Origin: Oscillospiraceae bacterium
GTDB taxonomy: Bacteria > Bacillota > Clostridia > Oscillospirales > CAG-382
Assembly (NCBI GenBank): GCA_015065165.1
Contig: SVQU01000006.1
Location: 10,081-74,080, forward strand
DNA length: 64,000 bases
Reading direction: 5' to 3'
Part shown: positions 60,363-64,000 of the stretch, in pieces
Numbering within the stretch: the first letter of the stretch is position 1
How the letters are laid out: the number at the start of each line of letters is the position of its first letter
Translations under genes and position numbers: made by a program
Notes under the pieces: generated by a model
What the model saw: only the letters and a program-made list of their open reading frames with translations
What the model was told of the DNA's origin: nothing
Databases searched by the model: none

Positions 60363-60997
60363 TTATTTACCTCCGAAAAATATTTATAGGTCATAACAAG
60401 TCCCGAGCTAAGCAGAGCGCCACCGATGATGTCGGTTATCCAATGCACCCCCGAAAGAATTCTTGCAACAACCATAAAAGCGGCAAATGAGTTAATCACA
60501 AATGAGGCAAAACGCTTTACGATAAGGTTTCTGATTCGGGAGTTTATCTGCATTGATGCCGTTGGCATTACGCAAAGGACAAGCATTGTAGTTGACGAGG
60601 GATATGATGCTTCGAGATAACCGTCGATAATTATAGGGCGATAATTTATAACGACAAATTCGAAAAGAATATACGCCATTATTACAGCGATATAGAAACC
60701 ACCGAGAGCGAGAATATCGCGGTCTACCTTTAACAAGTTTCTTCTTTTTATCAACTGTGAAAGCCCGAGAATTGCAAAATCCAGGGCGATAAATATGGGA
60801 ACAAGACCTAACCAATCGGTTATTGTGTAAAGGCGCATATTAGTTCCCGTTAGGTTGTGGACAAAGCCGTTTAGTGTGGAAAAACCCACAGAGGTTTCCT
60901 TTGGTCCGATTGCTTTCACGTCCACAAAACGCAGGAGCAATGTCCAGACGATAAAGGATGCGAACAGGGAGAATGTGAGAATCGGTTTCTTTTTCAT
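60359..60997 (-). CDS. PAP2 family membrane phosphatase
   Basis: NYRP, SYPSS, ARILSGVHWITD. Confidence 0.85.
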   Translation of the reverse strand: MKKKPILTFSLFASFIVWTLLLRFVDVKAIGPKETSVGFSTLNGFVHNLTGTNMRLYTITDWLGLVPIFIALDFAILGLSQLIKRRNLLKVDRDILALGGFYIAVIMAYILFEFVVINYRPIIIDGYLEASYPSSTTMLVLCVMPTASMQINSRIRNLIVKRFASFVINSFAAFMVVARILSGVHWITDIIGGALLSSGLVMTYKYFSEVNK

Positions 60998-61089
60998 TTT
61001 GATACCTTCCTTTTTTGTGTTGATTACAGTCTAAAGGAAGTAATTAAATTTGCAAGAAACGGGATTTCACATCTACGATACGAATCGTA

Positions 61090-61695
61090 TCAAGGGCGTT
61101 TCGCAAGCATTATTGCTTTGATTATAAGCAATGCAAAGGCAAACACGGCGGCATAGGGTTGTAGGCTTAGGATAAACAAAAGCAATGTGAGGATGCCAAA
61201 CGTTAAAGAGATTACCGTTTTACTTTTCATCCAAAACACCCCTTGGCAATTCTGCAAAGCGAGTGTAAGAACACCCACCAAAACCATTCCCACCACAACG
61301 GTGAAATATGCGGTTTTTAAGTAGGAACCCACACCGTCCATCGTTAAAAGAGTGGCTTCGGTAATAACGCCCTCGGCTTTTGTTGCGAACAGCGGAAGAA
61401 AAAGGAACAAGGACGCGCAAATATCTAAAAGACCAAACACCAAATCACGGAAATGTAAAGTAGTGATCTTTTGATTTTCTTCCGCCAGTGTTAACACCTC
61501 ATTGGACGAAAGAAGATCATCAACCGTTACCGAGAAGAACTGTGCTATAACCTTAAGCGATTCGATATTGGGGTATCCCCTGCCCGATTCCCATTTGGAA
61601 ATTGCGGTTCGGGACACGTAAAGTTTACTTGCAAGTTCTTCCTGCGTTAACCCTTTTTGCTTTCTTAGTTCTTGAAGTTTTTCGTTAAATTCCAT
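61090..61695 (-). CDS. XRE HTH regulator with C-terminal TM segments
   Basis: LTQEELASKLYVSRTAISKWESGRGYP. Confidence 0.9.
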   Translation of the reverse strand: MEFNEKLQELRKQKGLTQEELASKLYVSRTAISKWESGRGYPNIESLKVIAQFFSVTVDDLLSSNEVLTLAEENQKITTLHFRDLVFGLLDICASLFLFLPLFATKAEGVITEATLLTMDGVGSYLKTAYFTVVVGMVLVGVLTLALQNCQGVFWMKSKTVISLTFGILTLLLFILSLQPYAAVFAFALLIIKAIMLAKRP

Positions 61696-61971
61696 AGTCA
61701 ATCCTAAAAGATTTATTACCGAATAAACGTAATAATCCTGTATTTTAATTGTTTTATAATTACATATTTCACCGATGATGGCCTTTTACGTTATTATGGG
61801 TATTATATCATATTTACGCATACTTTTCAATGTGTTTAGATTATTTGTGTTACATCACGGGGATTGTTTTAGGATATTTTGAAATTCGTCCCTTATTTTT
61901 TTGAACAACAATAAACTAAACACCGCAGAGAAATCCTTTTTGATTTTTCCGCGGTGTTTTATTTGGATTTT

Positions 61972-63294
61972 CTATGGATTGTTGAAGAATTTAACAGACA
62001 AGATAAAGCCGATAAGTGATACCGTTGTATCGGTTACGGGATAGGTAAACCAGAAATAATCAAGCCCGAAGCGAGAGAAAAGGTAGGCTAAAGGGACAAA
62101 GAGAAAAACCGTACGTATAATGGTTAGCATAGAGCTTGTAAGACTCTTCCCTACCGCTTGGAACAGCACGGGATAGGTCAGCGAGATTGCAAGGGGCACG
62201 TAGCTTAAGCCTATAATACGAAACGCGGTTATTCCCACGGATATAACCTCGGAATCCGAGGAGAAAAAGCGCAGCAACGGTTCGGGAATGATTTCGAAGC
62301 AGAGCGTGCCGATTATCATAAGTCCGCCACCGAAAAGGAGCGATGTATTAAGCGCTTTTTTGCACCTATCTATCTTTCTTGCGGCGTAATTGTAGCTGAT
62401 TACGGGGACAACGCAGGTTTGCATTGCGCCGATAGGAATGAAAAAGAAGGTCTGCCATTTATAATAGAGCCCGAGGACGGTTACCGCCGCATCCGAAAAG
62501 GTGGCAAGTATCACGTTAAGACCGAATATGTAAAGTGTATATGCCGATTGCATTAGGATATTTGGCACACCCAGACGGAAGATTCTTTTTAGGTAGTGGG
62601 GGTATTTTTGAAGTTTAGGCGAAGGGAAAAAGCCTTTTTTCATTACCACCAGTGCCGCGGCAAGCTGTCCCAGCACGGTTGCCACTGCCGCACCTGAAAT
62701 ACCCATTTGAGGAAAGCCGAACAGACCGAATATGAGAATAGGGTCTAAAATTATATTAGTTACCGCGCCGAGGATTTGGGCAACCATGGGGGTCTTCATA
62801 TCACCACGGGATTGAAGAACCTTTGTCCATATACTTTCGAGGAACAAGCCGAAGCTGAACACACAGACGATTCGCCCATAGGAGATAACGTCGGCAACAA
62901 CCTCGGGTGTGTCGGTTTGCAGTCTTGCGTACAAGGGCATAAGCGCATAGCAAACTGCCGCGAAAATTGCCCAAAGGGCAATTGCAAGGGGTGTACCCAC
63001 ACCTGCGTAGTCGTTGGCGTCTTTCTCTTTACCTACGCCAAGCTTTGCCGCCATAGCGGTGTTTATGCCCACACCTGTGCCCACCGCCAAGGCGATCATA
63101 AGAAGCTGAAGCGGATAGACGATGGAAAGGGCGGTTAAGCCGGATTGGGAAAACCTGCCCACAAACAGGCTGTCTATGATATTGTACAATGCTTGAATTA
63201 GCTGCGCCAGCATAACGGGTGGCGCCATTTTTAGAATTATTTTTGTGATATTTCCTGTACCGAAGCTATCACTTTGATGCTTTATATTTTCCAT
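61972..63294 (-). CDS. MATE family efflux transporter
   Basis: NIIDSLFVG, NIILDPILIFG, GISGAAVAT. Confidence 0.92.
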   Translation of the reverse strand: MENIKHQSDSFGTGNITKIILKMAPPVMLAQLIQALYNIIDSLFVGRFSQSGLTALSIVYPLQLLMIALAVGTGVGINTAMAAKLGVGKEKDANDYAGVGTPLAIALWAIFAAVCYALMPLYARLQTDTPEVVADVISYGRIVCVFSFGLFLESIWTKVLQSRGDMKTPMVAQILGAVTNIILDPILIFGLFGFPQMGISGAAVATVLGQLAAALVVMKKGFFPSPKLQKYPHYLKRIFRLGVPNILMQSAYTLYIFGLNVILATFSDAAVTVLGLYYKWQTFFFIPIGAMQTCVVPVISYNYAARKIDRCKKALNTSLLFGGGLMIIGTLCFEIIPEPLLRFFSSDSEVISVGITAFRIIGLSYVPLAISLTYPVLFQAVGKSLTSSMLTIIRTVFLFVPLAYLFSRFGLDYFWFTYPVTDTTVSLIGFILSVKFFNNP

Positions 63295-63391
63295 AGTAAA
63301 AAACACTATATCACACAAAGGTTAGTTTTTCAATAAAATTCAAGTGTAATGTTTTAAAAATATGTCGCGAATGTAAAAAATGTCAATTCTA

Positions 63392-63420
63392 TTGACAAGA
63401 AAAACGCAAACTAATATAAT
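63392..63420 (+). promoter_or_regulatory. Sigma-A promoter TTGACA-17-TATAAT
   Basis: Perfect consensus. Confidence 0.85.
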
Positions 63421-63460
63421 TAACGCAAGAACCGATAATTTTCGACGGAGGTAACTATTA

Positions 63461-64000
63461 ATGGCTGCTGTAAAATGCAAGAATTGCAAAAGTTTGGTGT
63501 CCTCGAACGACGAGCTATGTCCTCATTGCGGTTCAAAGGTTGAATTGGAAGTTCAGTGTCCCAAATGCGGCAATAAAGATTGCACCTTTAGAAACGAAGG
63601 ACAAATTGTATATTCTTGCGAAAAATGCAATTTTCATTTCACCGTTAAAGACGGCATAACAGAAGAATATATCCCACCCCAACCCAAAAATTTCAACCCC
63701 ATTACCGCTTTTATCAGCATGTGGAAAAACGCTTTGAATTTTAAAGGGCGCGCACGCAGAAGCGAATATTGGTACGGTATGTTATGGTTCTACCTATTGG
63801 AAATTGCTTACATCATTTTTACGATTTTCGGTGTTGTTAATGACACCTGCGCAATCATTTCTTTGGCTTTAACTGCTATTTTGTTGATTTCTATTCTCCC
63901 TATACTTGCTTTAACGGTTAGACGTTTGCACGACACAGGAAAAAGCTTTGCGTTTTTACTGTTGGGATTGATTCCTACGGTGGGCTCCATACTTATGCTG
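63461..64000 (+). CDS. Zinc-ribbon + DUF805 membrane protein (partial, runs off the window; absent from the ORF track)
   Basis: Manual translation: CKNC..CPHC..CPKC..CEKC, then FKGRARRSEYW and VRRLHDTGKS; RBS ggagg. Confidence 0.88.
   Translation, partial: MAAVKCKNCKSLVSSNDELCPHCGSKVELEVQCPKCGNKDCTFRNEGQIVYSCEKCNFHFTVKDGITEEYIPPQPKNFNPITAFISMWKNALNFKGRARRSEYWYGMLWFYLLEIAYIIFTIFGVVNDTCAIISLALTAILLISILPILALTVRRLHDTGKSFAFLLLGLIPTVGSILML

Noticed and set aside
63808-63990. 60-aa minus-strand ORF
   Set aside because: Antisense to the real DUF805 gene.

Overview
Chromosomal window from a low-GC Gram-positive anaerobe (Clostridia, Oscillospiraceae/Ruminococcaceae-like; inferred from gene content and dockerins). 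Bases 1-46 kb are mostly housekeeping: groES-groEL with a CIRCE operator, dgt-dnaG-rpoD-pheS-pheT, yloC-remA-rpoZ-priA-def-fmt-rsmB-rlmN-stp-pknB-rsgA, ilvE and topB. This part also holds two dockerin proteins, an ECF sigma/anti-sigma/dockerin locus with a thrice-repeated promoter motif, and tandem REP-like palindromes. The main find is an ~8.75-kb integrated island (46176-54930) that cuts the host tRNA-Pro(UGG) gene in two at a duplicated 14-bp core and does not restore it. Instead the island carries its own complete tRNA-Pro(UGG), whose anticodon stem no longer matches the attachment core. Its cargo is a RES-domain + membrane-anchored two-gene operon (candidate defence system), a truncated tyrosine integrase and a truncated RHS toxin with a probable immunity gene. 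Right of the island is an AT-rich array of membrane genes with homologous orphan gene tails and a 62-bp repeat. All calls come from reading the sequence and ORF translations; no database searches were run.
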